This document shows, one piece after another, positions 1 to 8,675 of a DNA stretch of 36,442 nucleotides (positions are counted from its first letter, which is position 1; each line of letters opens with the position of its first letter). Both the position numbers and the translations under genes were made by a program. The notes under the pieces were generated by a model. The model was not told the DNA's origin and searched no databases. It saw only the letters and a list, made by a program, of their open reading frames with translations. This DNA is from a virus. Its lineage: Duplodnaviria; Caudoviricetes. The stretch is taken from IMG/VR virus record IMGVR_UViG_3300046795_000023, positions 1 to 36,442 of that record. One strand, 5' to 3'.

Positions 1-846
<846 letters not shown>

Positions 847-854
847 GGGACGCG

Positions 855-2459
855 ATGCCGATCTTCCAATACGAGGCGTATCGCAACCCCTACGGGCCGT
901 CGATCGCCGAGGCGCTCGCGCACCAGGCCGACCCGCAGGCGGCGGCGGCGCTCCGCCGCGGCGACATCGACGCGCGGGCCGCCGAGCAGCGGGGGACGCT
1001 GCTCGCGCAGCAGTTCAGTGCGCTCGGCGCGATTCCGGGCGAAATTCAGGCGCAGCGCGACGCGCAGCAGACGCGGCAGCTGAAGGGGCAGGAGCAGCAA
1101 CTGCGCGCGCAGCAGATCGGGCTGCAGGGGCAGCAGATCACGAGCGCGCTCGAGGACAAGCAGCGGCAGCGCGCGGCGGATGCCGCGTTCGCGAAGGCGC
1201 TGGCGGCGACGCCGCTGAAGGACGACGGCACCTACGATGTGCCGGGGATTGCGAAGGCGATCGATCCGGCGTTCGGCGCGTTCGCGGTGCCGCAGTTTCA
1301 GCACCTCACGACGGTGAACGCCGCGCTGCAGGGGCAGGCCACGAAAGATCGGCAGGAGAGCGACCGCGCCGCGACGGGGATTCTCGCCGCGGGTGCGTCG
1401 CCCGTGCTCACCGATAGCTGGCTCGTCACGGCGGCGGCGCGGCACCGGATTACCAGTGAGCAGCTCGCGCAGTACCGGCAGATCCTGGCGGCCGACCCGA
1501 CGCAGGCGAAGGCGATTTTGCGGTCGTTCATTGGCCCGCCGAAGGGCGAGAACGTGCCGGAAGGCACCGTGCGGGTCGATGAGGTGACGAGTGAGCCGCT
1601 GTTCACGAACGCGAAGCCGCCCAAAACGGCGGTGGTGAATGGACAGGTGATCAACGAGGCGACGGGCGAACGCATCGGCGCCCCGGTGCCGATGCAAACG
1701 CCGCCGCCGAAAACGCTCGTCATTAATGGGCAACTCGTGCGCGAGGACACGGGCGAACGCGTCGGCACGCCCGTGCCGAAACAGGTCGATCCGACGGCCG
1801 CCGGCGATGTCACGACGCTCACACCGGCCGGGCTCGACGCGGCGGCGCTCAACTACGCGAAAACCGGCCTGCTGCCGCCCTTGGGGATGGGCGACAAGTC
1901 GACGCGCAAGGCGATCATTAATCGCGCGGCGGAGATGATGCCCGGCCTCGACATTGCCTCGGCGAAAGCCGACTACGCGGCCAACACGCAATCGCTCCAG
2001 TCGATGCAAAAACAGCGCGACGCGATCGGCGCCTTCGAGCAGACGGCGCGCAAGAACATCGACATTTTTCTGGCCGCGGCGGGCAAGGTGGTCGACACCG
2101 GCTCGCCGCTCGCCAACGGGCTTGTGCGGCAGGTCACGGGGAAGATGCTCGGCTCGCCCGATCAGGCGGCGTATGACGCGGCGCGCCAGGTCGCGGTGAA
2201 CGAGATCGCGAAGATCGTCAGTAACCCCACGCTCGCGGGCACGCTGTCGGATTCAGCGCGGCATGAGGTCGACGCGTTCAATCCGGGGACGGCGACGCTC
2301 GCGCAGTCGGTGCGCGTCATGCGGCTGCTCAAGCAGGACATGGACAATCGCACCGCGGCGCTCGATGACGCGCTCGGCGGCATCAAGGCGCGGATCAAGA
2401 AGGGCGCGCCGGAGACGGGCGGCGGCGTCAAAGTGCTCTCGATCGTGCCGGTGCCCTGA
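855..2459 (+). CDS. Putative DNA ejection/internal virion protein (P22 gp20 position)
   Basis: 534 aa, Ala/Gln-rich and helical; follows the gp7-like gene; tandem 29-aa repeats PPKT.V.NGQ...E.TGER.G.PVP at ~1617-1790. Confidence 0.65.
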   Translation: MPIFQYEAYRNPYGPSIAEALAHQADPQAAAALRRGDIDARAAEQRGTLLAQQFSALGAIPGEIQAQRDAQQTRQLKGQEQQLRAQQIGLQGQQITSALEDKQRQRAADAAFAKALAATPLKDDGTYDVPGIAKAIDPAFGAFAVPQFQHLTTVNAALQGQATKDRQESDRAATGILAAGASPVLTDSWLVTAAARHRITSEQLAQYRQILAADPTQAKAILRSFIGPPKGENVPEGTVRVDEVTSEPLFTNAKPPKTAVVNGQVINEATGERIGAPVPMQTPPPKTLVINGQLVREDTGERVGTPVPKQVDPTAAGDVTTLTPAGLDAAALNYAKTGLLPPLGMGDKSTRKAIINRAAEMMPGLDIASAKADYAANTQSLQSMQKQRDAIGAFEQTARKNIDIFLAAAGKVVDTGSPLANGLVRQVTGKMLGSPDQAAYDAARQVAVNEIAKIVSNPTLAGTLSDSARHEVDAFNPGTATLAQSVRVMRLLKQDMDNRTAALDDALGGIKARIKKGAPETGGGVKVLSIVPVP

Positions 2460-4165
2460 TGGCCGACAAGTACCGCGTGACCCTCAGCGACGGGCGCGTC
2501 TTCGACGTGCAGACGGAGGGCGGGCCGCCGTCGGAGGCCGACGTGCTGGCGTCGCTGGGCGCGTCGCCGCCGGCCGCGATGCCGTTCACCCGGCGCGGGG
2601 GGATGACCGACGAGGCCGCGATGGTGTCGCCGGAGGTCTGGCGGACCACGAACCTGAAGGACGCGACCGGCGCGGCGGTGGTGCGCGACGCAGCGGCCGA
2701 CGAAGGTGATCAACTGCTCGCGAACATCGCGAACGTCGGCGGGTTCGCGAAAGACCTCGCGGTGGGCGCGGGGAAAAGCCTGATCCGCGCGGGCCTTCGC
2801 GGCGGCGATCTCCTGCGGCAGATCCCCGGCGTTGATGCCGTCTCGCCGAAGTTCATCCCGCTGGAGCCGTCGCAAGTCGAATCCGCGAACACGGCACAGA
2901 CCATCGGCGGGATGATCGAACAAGGGGCGGAGCTCGTCGCGCCGACGCGCGCCATTACCGCGCTGGGGGCGAAGGTCGCGCCCGCTGTGGCGCCGTATCT
3001 CGCGAAGATCCTCAGTCCGACGCTGGCGAACCTGGTCCCCAAGGTCGTGATCGAGGGCGTCGGCAACGCGGGCCTCGTGAAAGCGCAAGGTGGCTCGAAT
3101 ACCGCCGCCGGCATCACGGGCGTCGTGGCGGGCGCGGTCCCGACGATCGGCGTGATCGCGACCGGGATTGCGAACCACCTGAAGACCAGCGCGGCGGAGA
3201 ATGTCGCGAAATTCTTCAACCCGACCACGAAGCCGTTTAAGGCGGTCGTCGAGGGGCGCACGCCGGAGATCCTCGCCCGCGGCAGCGACGTGCTCGGGAC
3301 GCTCGGCCGCACGCGCCCCGGGGCCACCGAGGTCTTCGACGTCGCGACTCAAGCGGCCGGCGATGCGATTGATCAGGCGCTCTCCGTCTACGGCAGCGAC
3401 GTGGTGCAGAACGCGCCACAACGGCTCATGGCGGCGCTCGACGTGGCGAAAGCGCCCTATGTCAAGACGCGGATCGTCTCCGCCGCCGAAGCCGCCACCT
3501 TACCGGCCGCGACGGTGCTGGGGCCGATGCCAGGCGGCGGCGTGCAGATCGCCATCCCCTTAAATGCCGGGAAGGTGCGGCAGATCGACGCGCTCAAGCA
3601 GATCGTGCAGGCGCACGGGAACGACATGACCGTGGATGACCTCGTTGGCCTCCGCCGGGCGTGGGACGAGATCGCCTATGCGCGCCCGCAGTTTGGGCAG
3701 CTCGGTCCGGCGGAAACGACGAAGTGGGCGAAGAAAATGGGCGGGGATGCGATCCGCGCGATCGTGCAGAGCGATCGCCCCGACCTGGCGGCGCTCAATC
3801 GCGAGTTCGCGTTCTGGAAAGACCTGCACACGGTGATGGAGGCGACGACGCTCCGCAAAACCGGGCAAGTGGGCGGCCTCCTGCCGGGGATGGCGGAAGG
3901 CGCGGGGGTGGTGGCGGAGGCGGCGCGCGGCGGCGGCATCGGGCAGATGTTCGTCGCGGGGAAGCTCGCGAAAATGGCGCAGCAGGTGTTCGCGTCGCCG
4001 CGCTATCAATCACTGGCGGCCAATGTCAAGACCGGCCTCGCGGACGCGCTGACGACCGCGATGACCACCGGGAAACAGGCGCCGCTCGAGGGCTGGCTCC
4101 GCACGGCGGCCGGGCGGCTGGGCGTGGTGGAAGGCCCGCAGCTGCTCTTCGCGCCTAGTCCGTAG
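2459..4165 (+). CDS. Putative DNA ejection/internal virion protein (P22 gp16 position)
   Basis: 568 aa, Ala/Gly-rich; TGATG coupling to the previous gene; last large gene before the tail spike. Confidence 0.65.
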   Translation: MADKYRVTLSDGRVFDVQTEGGPPSEADVLASLGASPPAAMPFTRRGGMTDEAAMVSPEVWRTTNLKDATGAAVVRDAAADEGDQLLANIANVGGFAKDLAVGAGKSLIRAGLRGGDLLRQIPGVDAVSPKFIPLEPSQVESANTAQTIGGMIEQGAELVAPTRAITALGAKVAPAVAPYLAKILSPTLANLVPKVVIEGVGNAGLVKAQGGSNTAAGITGVVAGAVPTIGVIATGIANHLKTSAAENVAKFFNPTTKPFKAVVEGRTPEILARGSDVLGTLGRTRPGATEVFDVATQAAGDAIDQALSVYGSDVVQNAPQRLMAALDVAKAPYVKTRIVSAAEAATLPAATVLGPMPGGGVQIAIPLNAGKVRQIDALKQIVQAHGNDMTVDDLVGLRRAWDEIAYARPQFGQLGPAETTKWAKKMGGDAIRAIVQSDRPDLAALNREFAFWKDLHTVMEATTLRKTGQVGGLLPGMAEGAGVVAEAARGGGIGQMFVAGKLAKMAQQVFASPRYQSLAANVKTGLADALTTAMTTGKQAPLEGWLRTAAGRLGVVEGPQLLFAPSP

Positions 4166-4325
4166 TGGGGCCGCGCATCATCCCCATGAGAAACAGGGCG
4201 AGGATGACGAGGCCGACGTTGACGACGCCGTAATCCTGCGACCATTCGATGAGCCACAAGGGCACCATGACGACAAACGCGATCCCGACCATCCCCGTCC
4301 ACACGCGATCGATCCACACCCGCAT
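4155..4325 (-). CDS. 56-aa two-TM membrane protein, candidate superinfection exclusion (not in ORF track)
   Basis: Hand translation: MRVWIDRVWTGMVGIAFVVMVPLWLIEWSQDYGVVNVGLVILALFLMGMMRGPTTD. GGAG lies 9 nt upstream of the ATG, and the ORF fills the intergenic gap. Confidence 0.65.
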   Translation of the reverse strand: MRVWIDRVWTGMVGIAFVVMVPLWLIEWSQDYGVVNVGLVILALFLMGMMRGPTTD

Positions 4326-4371
4326 TGTTCTAGTCTCCGACTGTTGGTCCGCGCCCCCGGAGGCCCTCTAA

Positions 4372-5055
4372 ATGGCCGACTACACCCTCGCCCCGCCGCC
4401 GTATCAGACCCTGCTCGACAATGCCGGCGCGCCGGTCAGCAATGGCTGCGTCTGGACGTATGCCGCCGGGACGACGACGCCGATCGCGACCTACAGCGAT
4501 GCGCTCGGCACGCCGAACACGAACCCGATCCGCACCGATCCCGCCGGCCGCTACACGGCGTATCTGCTCGCCGGCACGGGGTATAAATTCGTGTGCGAGA
4601 CGCCCTGCAGCCCACCCTCGGGGCATGGCAGCGTGCTGCGCACGGCGGATAACATCGTCGGCACGCCGGGGCCGCCACTGGCGGCGACGCCGGGGACGTG
4701 GACGCCCAGTCTCGGCGGCACGACGACCTACGCCGGGCGGGAAGGGACCTACGTGCGGGTCGGGCGCCTCGTCTTCGCGCGCGCCAGCCTCTCGATCACG
4801 ACGATCGGCACGGGCTCGGCCTCGACGATCAGCGGCCTGCCGTTCCCGGTGACGACGGCCACGCCGATCGCGGTGGGCTACTTCGCCAACCTGGCGACGC
4901 CCGTGGTCTGGGTCGGCGGCTGGACGCAATCCGGGAGCACCGACCTGCTGCTGCTGGCGCTGTCGGCCGCGGGCATCACCCCCAACACCGCCGCGCTGCT
5001 CGGGAATGGCTCGGTGCTGTTCCTGAGCGTGGTGTACGAGACGAGCGCGCCGTAA
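4372..5055 (+). CDS. Tail spike/fibre: N-terminal virion-binding domain plus C-terminal receptor-binding head
   Basis: N-terminal D.AG.P..NG.VWTYAAGTTTP.ATYSD..G.PNTNPI..D.AGR, typical of podoviral tail head-binding domains. C-terminal GTWTP...GTY.RVGRLV...I.GLPF beta-sandwich. GGAGG RBS. Confidence 0.8.
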   Translation: MADYTLAPPPYQTLLDNAGAPVSNGCVWTYAAGTTTPIATYSDALGTPNTNPIRTDPAGRYTAYLLAGTGYKFVCETPCSPPSGHGSVLRTADNIVGTPGPPLAATPGTWTPSLGGTTTYAGREGTYVRVGRLVFARASLSITTIGTGSASTISGLPFPVTTATPIAVGYFANLATPVVWVGGWTQSGSTDLLLLALSAAGITPNTAALLGNGSVLFLSVVYETSAP

Positions 5056-5067
5056 GGCGGCCCGATC

Positions 5068-5472
5068 ATGGGGGTCACCGCGGAGATCGTCACCCTCGCC
5101 GCGCCGAGCGGCACCTGGCTGCCGAGTCTGGGCGGCACGGCCACCTACGCCGTTCAGGAGGGCACCTGGGCGCGCGTGGGGCCGCTGGTGGTGGTGCGGG
5201 GCTCGCTCGTGGTCACCGTGATCGGCACCGGCTCGGCGAGCGTCATCACGGGCTTGCCGTTTGCCGTCGCCGGCGCGGCGCAGGGGAGTCTCTGGATCTT
5301 CGCCGCGGCGGCGACCCCGCTGGTCAGCGCGGGCGTCTATGCGCACGACGGGCTCCGCCAACTGACGGCGATCGGGTACACCGCGGCGGGCACGGCGGCG
5401 GGCACCCTCGCCGTGTTCACCAGCGGCACGAACATGGTCTTTAGCCTGACGTATCTCACGACCGACCCGTAG
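5068..5472 (+). CDS. Stand-alone paralogue of the tail receptor-binding domain
   Basis: GTWLPSLGGTATY...GTWARVGPLV...IGTGSASVITGLPF aligns with the C-terminal domain of 4372-5055. Confidence 0.75.
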   Translation: MGVTAEIVTLAAPSGTWLPSLGGTATYAVQEGTWARVGPLVVVRGSLVVTVIGTGSASVITGLPFAVAGAAQGSLWIFAAAATPLVSAGVYAHDGLRQLTAIGYTAAGTAAGTLAVFTSGTNMVFSLTYLTTDP

Positions 5473-5520
5473 GCGCTCCTGCGGCGCGCCCCTCGCGAAT
5501 CGCCGCCGCGATGTCGCGCG

Positions 5521-5721
5521 TCATCCGCCGAACACCTTGAACAGCAGCGACACCAGCATCGCGAGCACGGCGCCCAGCATCCACTTGATGAGCAGTAGAT
5601 CGCTGCGCACTGCCGCGAGCTGATTCTCATAGCCGGCGACCTCTTCGGCCGCCTTGCGCGCCAGGTCGGCATCGCCCGGCGAGAGGAGCGCGTCGTGGAG
5701 CGCGCCAAGGCGGAGGCTCAT
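5521..5721 (-). CDS. DUF1640/CCDC90-like small coiled-coil membrane-anchored protein
   Basis: Coiled coil followed by LLIKWMLG and a C-terminal hydrophobic helix. Confidence 0.65.
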   Translation of the reverse strand: MSLRLGALHDALLSPGDADLARKAAEEVAGYENQLAAVRSDLLLIKWMLGAVLAMLVSLLFKVFGG

Positions 5722-5927
5722 GGCTGCGCGCCCTCCACGCCTTCGTCCGTCAGGCGGTTGAGCAGCGTGAGCGCGGCGCGGTTCGCCTCAATCGCGCTCA
5801 CGAGCGCGTCATCGTGCGCGCTGAACGCGGTCTGCATCGCGGTGTGCGCGGTGCGAATCGAGACCAGGGCCGCGTCGTGCGCGTCGAGGATCTGGTGGAT
5901 GGACTGGCGGATCTCGTGCTCGGTCAT
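5718..5927 (-). CDS. Hypothetical helical protein
   Basis: 69 aa; ATGA overlaps; internal repeat DAHDAALVS/SAHDDALVS. Confidence 0.7.
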   Translation of the reverse strand: MTEHEIRQSIHQILDAHDAALVSIRTAHTAMQTAFSAHDDALVSAIEANRAALTLLNRLTDEGVEGAQP

Positions 5928-6145
5928 GGCGTCCCCGCTGGAGGCGCGACGGGCGCGGGCGTGTCCAGCGAGACCAGCGCGTGGTCGAAGGCGCGTTTCA
6001 CCAGGTCCTGCATGCGCGCGCGGAACGCGGCGTCCTTGAGAATCTCCTCGGCCATCTGCTCGGCGATGCGCTCGGTGGTGCGGCTCAGGGTCGCGACGAC
6101 GGACGCGCTCACCTGCTGCGTGATCAACTGTTCCAACATGGTCAT
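5924..6145 (-). CDS. Hypothetical helical protein
   Basis: 73 aa; coupled overlaps; AAGGAGG upstream. Confidence 0.7.
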   Translation of the reverse strand: MTMLEQLITQQVSASVVATLSRTTERIAEQMAEEILKDAAFRARMQDLVKRAFDHALVSLDTPAPVAPPAGTP

Positions 6146-6339
6146 TGGTCGCCCTCCTTCCGCGCGGCCTGCTGCTGTTCCAGATACGTGATGCGATCGA
6201 TCAGGCCGGCGTTTGTCCGCTCGAGGCGCTCGAGGCGCGTGTCGAGCGTCTCGACGAGCACGATCAGGTCGGTGAACGTGAGCGCGAGATCCTCCAAGGA
6301 TCGATCGAAGCGATGCTGAAACGATTTCGTGTTCACCAT
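6142..6339 (-). CDS. Hypothetical coiled-coil protein
   Basis: 65 aa; heptad LDTRLERLERTNAGLIDRITYLEQ; TAATG coupling. Confidence 0.7.
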   Translation of the reverse strand: MVNTKSFQHRFDRSLEDLALTFTDLIVLVETLDTRLERLERTNAGLIDRITYLEQQQAARKEGDQ

Positions 6340-6530
6340 TAGTCCGCGTCCTCGTTCGCCTTCGCCTTGGCGCGCCGCACAGCGGCGCCGACGAGGCCCG
6401 CTTTCCTCGCGCGCGCGCGCCGCTCGGCCGCGGTCATCGTCTCGAGGGAGCGCTTCCCGCCGAGCGCGCCGCCCTTCTTGCCCAACGAGGAAAAGTACGC
6501 CCGGACACCGGGCGGGAGTCGTTTCGTCAT
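6339..6530 (-). CDS. Small basic KGG-motif-like protein; first gene of the leftward operon, candidate repressor
   Basis: LGKKGGALGGKRSLETMTAAERRARARKAG..GAAVRR. The ATG is 6 nt downstream of a -10 box (leaderless). Confidence 0.7.
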   Translation of the reverse strand: MTKRLPPGVRAYFSSLGKKGGALGGKRSLETMTAAERRARARKAGLVGAAVRRAKAKANEDAD

Positions 6531-6536
6531 GGCGTC

Positions 6537-6565
6537 AGCTTACACCGTCTGAGCCGAGAAGGCAA
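6537..6565 (-). promoter_or_regulatory. Leftward sigma70-type promoter, probably leaderless
   Basis: Minus strand reads TTGCCT-17 nt-TAAGCT-6 nt-ATG(6530). Confidence 0.6.
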
Positions 6566-6601
6566 CTCAAGCGGTGTAAGAAAAAAAGATAAACTGAGGG
6601 C

Positions 6602-6630
6602 TTGACAAGCTAACACGGTGTTAGTATTAT
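6602..6630 (+). promoter_or_regulatory. Rightward early promoter 1
   Basis: TTGACA-17-TATTAT with the operator in the spacer; ATG 6 nt downstream. Confidence 0.85.
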
Positions 6631-6636
6631 TTGGAC

Positions 6637-6927
6637 ATGCACAAACGACACACGATCCTCGCCGCGTCGCTGCTCTCCTCCTCGACGGCCTCCCAGATTC
6701 CGGTCGTGCCGACCGTGACGTGCGCGGCGTGCGGCATTCCCTGGAACGCGAAGGCGCTCACGGTGCGGTCGGGGCGCTGCACCTGTGGCGCGGCGTTCGC
6801 GCCCGCGGCGGCTCCGGCGGTGTGCGCGGACTGCGGCGTGCTCGAGAGCCGCCATCGCGATGGGTGGGACGGCTCGCCGCTCGACTGCGCGGAAGCGAGC
6901 CGGCGGTGGGGCGGGACGGCCGCTTGA
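6637..6927 (+). CDS. Cys-rich (zinc-finger-like) hypothetical protein, probably leaderless
   Basis: CAAC, CTC and CADC motifs; the stop codon lies within the next promoter's -35. Confidence 0.5.
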   Translation: MHKRHTILAASLLSSSTASQIPVVPTVTCAACGIPWNAKALTVRSGRCTCGAAFAPAAAPAVCADCGVLESRHRDGWDGSPLDCAEASRRWGGTAA

Positions 6928-6952
6928 CAAGCTAACACGGATTTAGTAGTAT
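6924..6952 (+). promoter_or_regulatory. Rightward early promoter 2 (near-duplicate of promoter 1)
   Basis: TTGACA-17-TAGTAT; shares CTTGACAAGCTAACACGG with 6601-6618. Confidence 0.85.
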
Positions 6953-7036
6953 TGAGGAACTGAAGGACGCGCCGCGACGGTGTAATCAGCACCATCGCGA
7001 CGCTGACACAACCCGCGCCGTTGGAGGGCGCCGGCC

Positions 7037-7315
7037 ATGCTACAGCAGACGATAACGCATTACTTCCCCTGGGATGAATCCGACGACCGCGACCCGATCG
7101 CCTACTGCGGCCACCGCGTGACCGCGGCCGATGCGCACGCGACGCAGCCGACCTGCGCGGTCTGCGCGGCGACGCTCGACGCGGTCGAGGCGGCCTTCGA
7201 GGCGCTGCCGGTCCCGCTCGACGCGGACGAGGCGCGCACCGAGCTCGACCCGGTGTTGAACGCGGGCACGGACCTGTTCACGTTCGCCGTATCCTTGGCG
7301 CGGAGGGTCGCATGA
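7037..7315 (+). CDS. Small zinc-binding hypothetical protein
   Basis: H..YCGH...PTCAVC; GGAGG RBS. Confidence 0.7.
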   Translation: MLQQTITHYFPWDESDDRDPIAYCGHRVTAADAHATQPTCAVCAATLDAVEAAFEALPVPLDADEARTELDPVLNAGTDLFTFAVSLARRVA

Positions 7316-7788
7316 GTCTCATGGCCCGTCGTCCCCAAACCGCCCGCGCGCTTGCGCCCGCCGGCATCCATAGCGCCGTGTGCGTCGATGTGCAGGACCT
7401 CGGCCTGCAGACCGGCGCCTACGGCGCGAAGCACAAAATTCGCCTCGTGTGGCAGCTCGACGCGCTCGACCCCGAGGCCGGGCGCCGCGTCGAAGTGGCG
7501 CGCGTGTATACGCTCTCGTTGTCGGAGCGCGCCGCGCTGCGCAAGGACCTCGAGCGCTGGCGCGGGCGCGCGTTCACCGATCAGGAGTTGGACCTCGGCT
7601 TCGACCTCGAGAAGGTGATCGGCGCGAACTGCCAGGTGCTCGTGTCGCATTCGCTCGGGGAGAACGGCACGCTGTACGCGAACGTGGACAGCCTGCTACC
7701 GGCCGCGAAGGGCGCGCCGAAACTGGCGCCGGAGGCGTTCACGCGCTTGAAGGACCGCGCCTCGCGCACGAACGGGGCGACGGCGTAA
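7312..7788 (+). CDS. Phage ssDNA-binding/replication-associated protein (NGO0469-like)
   Basis: PAG.H.AVC..V.DLGLQ...YTLSLSE.A.LRKDLE.WRGR.FT..E...FDLEK.IG..C pattern; adjacent to the exonuclease. Confidence 0.7.
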   Translation: MSLMARRPQTARALAPAGIHSAVCVDVQDLGLQTGAYGAKHKIRLVWQLDALDPEAGRRVEVARVYTLSLSERAALRKDLERWRGRAFTDQELDLGFDLEKVIGANCQVLVSHSLGENGTLYANVDSLLPAAKGAPKLAPEAFTRLKDRASRTNGATA

Positions 7789-8675
7789 TGGCCCGCATTA
7801 CCCGCACCGACGGCAAGACCGGCCGCTTCTACACCATCCCCAACGCCGACGGCACGACGGCGAAGTACCCGAGCGTCACGACGATCCTGAGCGCGATCGC
7901 GAAGCCCGCGCTCGTCGGCTGGGCCGCGAAGGAGGAACGCACGATGGTCAGCACGGCCGCTGCGGACCTCTACGCCGATCTGGCCGCGTCCCCGCAGCTG
8001 CCGCGCAGCATGTACACGCTCGCGCTCGAACAGCGCCTGGGCACGACGAAGGCGCACGTCAAGGCGCTCGCGCAGGCGTCCGACATCGGCACGGCGACGC
8101 ACGCCAAGATTGAGTGGGTGCTGAAGACACAGCTGCTCGGCGTCGCGGCCGGGCCGGGGCCGGTCCTGTCCGAGGGCGCGCAGCGCGCGTTCCTGGCGTT
8201 CGAGGAGTGGGCGCGCCTCGTCCGCCTGCGCCCGCAGCTCATCGAACAGACCGTCTTTAGCCGGACCCACGAGTTCGCCGGCACGATGGATCTACTCGCG
8301 ACGCTCGACAGCGCGGCGCTCTTGTCGCTGCTCGAGCACCAGGGCGCGGTCGACGCGGCGCTCGCGGAGTGGCTGCGCGCGCGCGCGGAGGTCACGGCGC
8401 TGATCGATTTTAAGACCGGCAAGGGCATCTACAGCGAGGCGCATCTGCAATCGGTCGCGTATCAGCGCGCGCTCGCGGAGATGGGGCACGGCCGCGTCGA
8501 TGGCGCGCTCATCGTGCGGCTGCCCAAGACCGCCCAAGACGCGGGCTTCGAGGTCGCCGTGGTGCCGCCCGCGCGCGAGCTGTTCCCGACGTTTCTCGCG
8601 GTGCGGCAGCTGTGGCAGTGGCAGTTCCAACAGGATGAAGCCTGGCGCGCCCGCAACAAGCGCGCGGTCGCTTAG
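7788..8675 (+). CDS. PD-(D/E)XK exonuclease (Cas4/RecB-like phage recombination nuclease)
   Basis: YPSVTTIL, GT.TH, E......AGT.D, IDFKTG and LQ..AY motifs. True start is the ATG at 7788 (TAATG). Confidence 0.85.
   Translation: MARITRTDGKTGRFYTIPNADGTTAKYPSVTTILSAIAKPALVGWAAKEERTMVSTAAADLYADLAASPQLPRSMYTLALEQRLGTTKAHVKALAQASDIGTATHAKIEWVLKTQLLGVAAGPGPVLSEGAQRAFLAFEEWARLVRLRPQLIEQTVFSRTHEFAGTMDLLATLDSAALLSLLEHQGAVDAALAEWLRARAEVTALIDFKTGKGIYSEAHLQSVAYQRALAEMGHGRVDGALIVRLPKTAQDAGFEVAVVPPARELFPTFLAVRQLWQWQFQQDEAWRARNKRAVA

Larger units (their letters stand above)
6539..6946. promoter_or_regulatory. Four related 15-bp operator-like sites
   Basis: 6539-6553 CTTACACCGTCTGAG; 6566-6580 CTCAAGCGGTGTAAG; 6610-6624 CTAACACGGTGTTAG (perfect 7-1-7 palindrome); 6932-6946 CTAACACGGATTTAG. 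All overlap or abut promoters. Confidence 0.75.

Noticed and set aside
4690-5270. Diversity-generating retroelement TR/VR pair
   Set aside because: The copies differ at all base types rather than only adenines, and there is no reverse transcriptase.
7788-8675. Cas4 indicating a CRISPR system
   Set aside because: A stand-alone PD-(D/E)XK nuclease next to an SSB-like gene is an ordinary phage recombination module; no Fe-S cysteines and no array.
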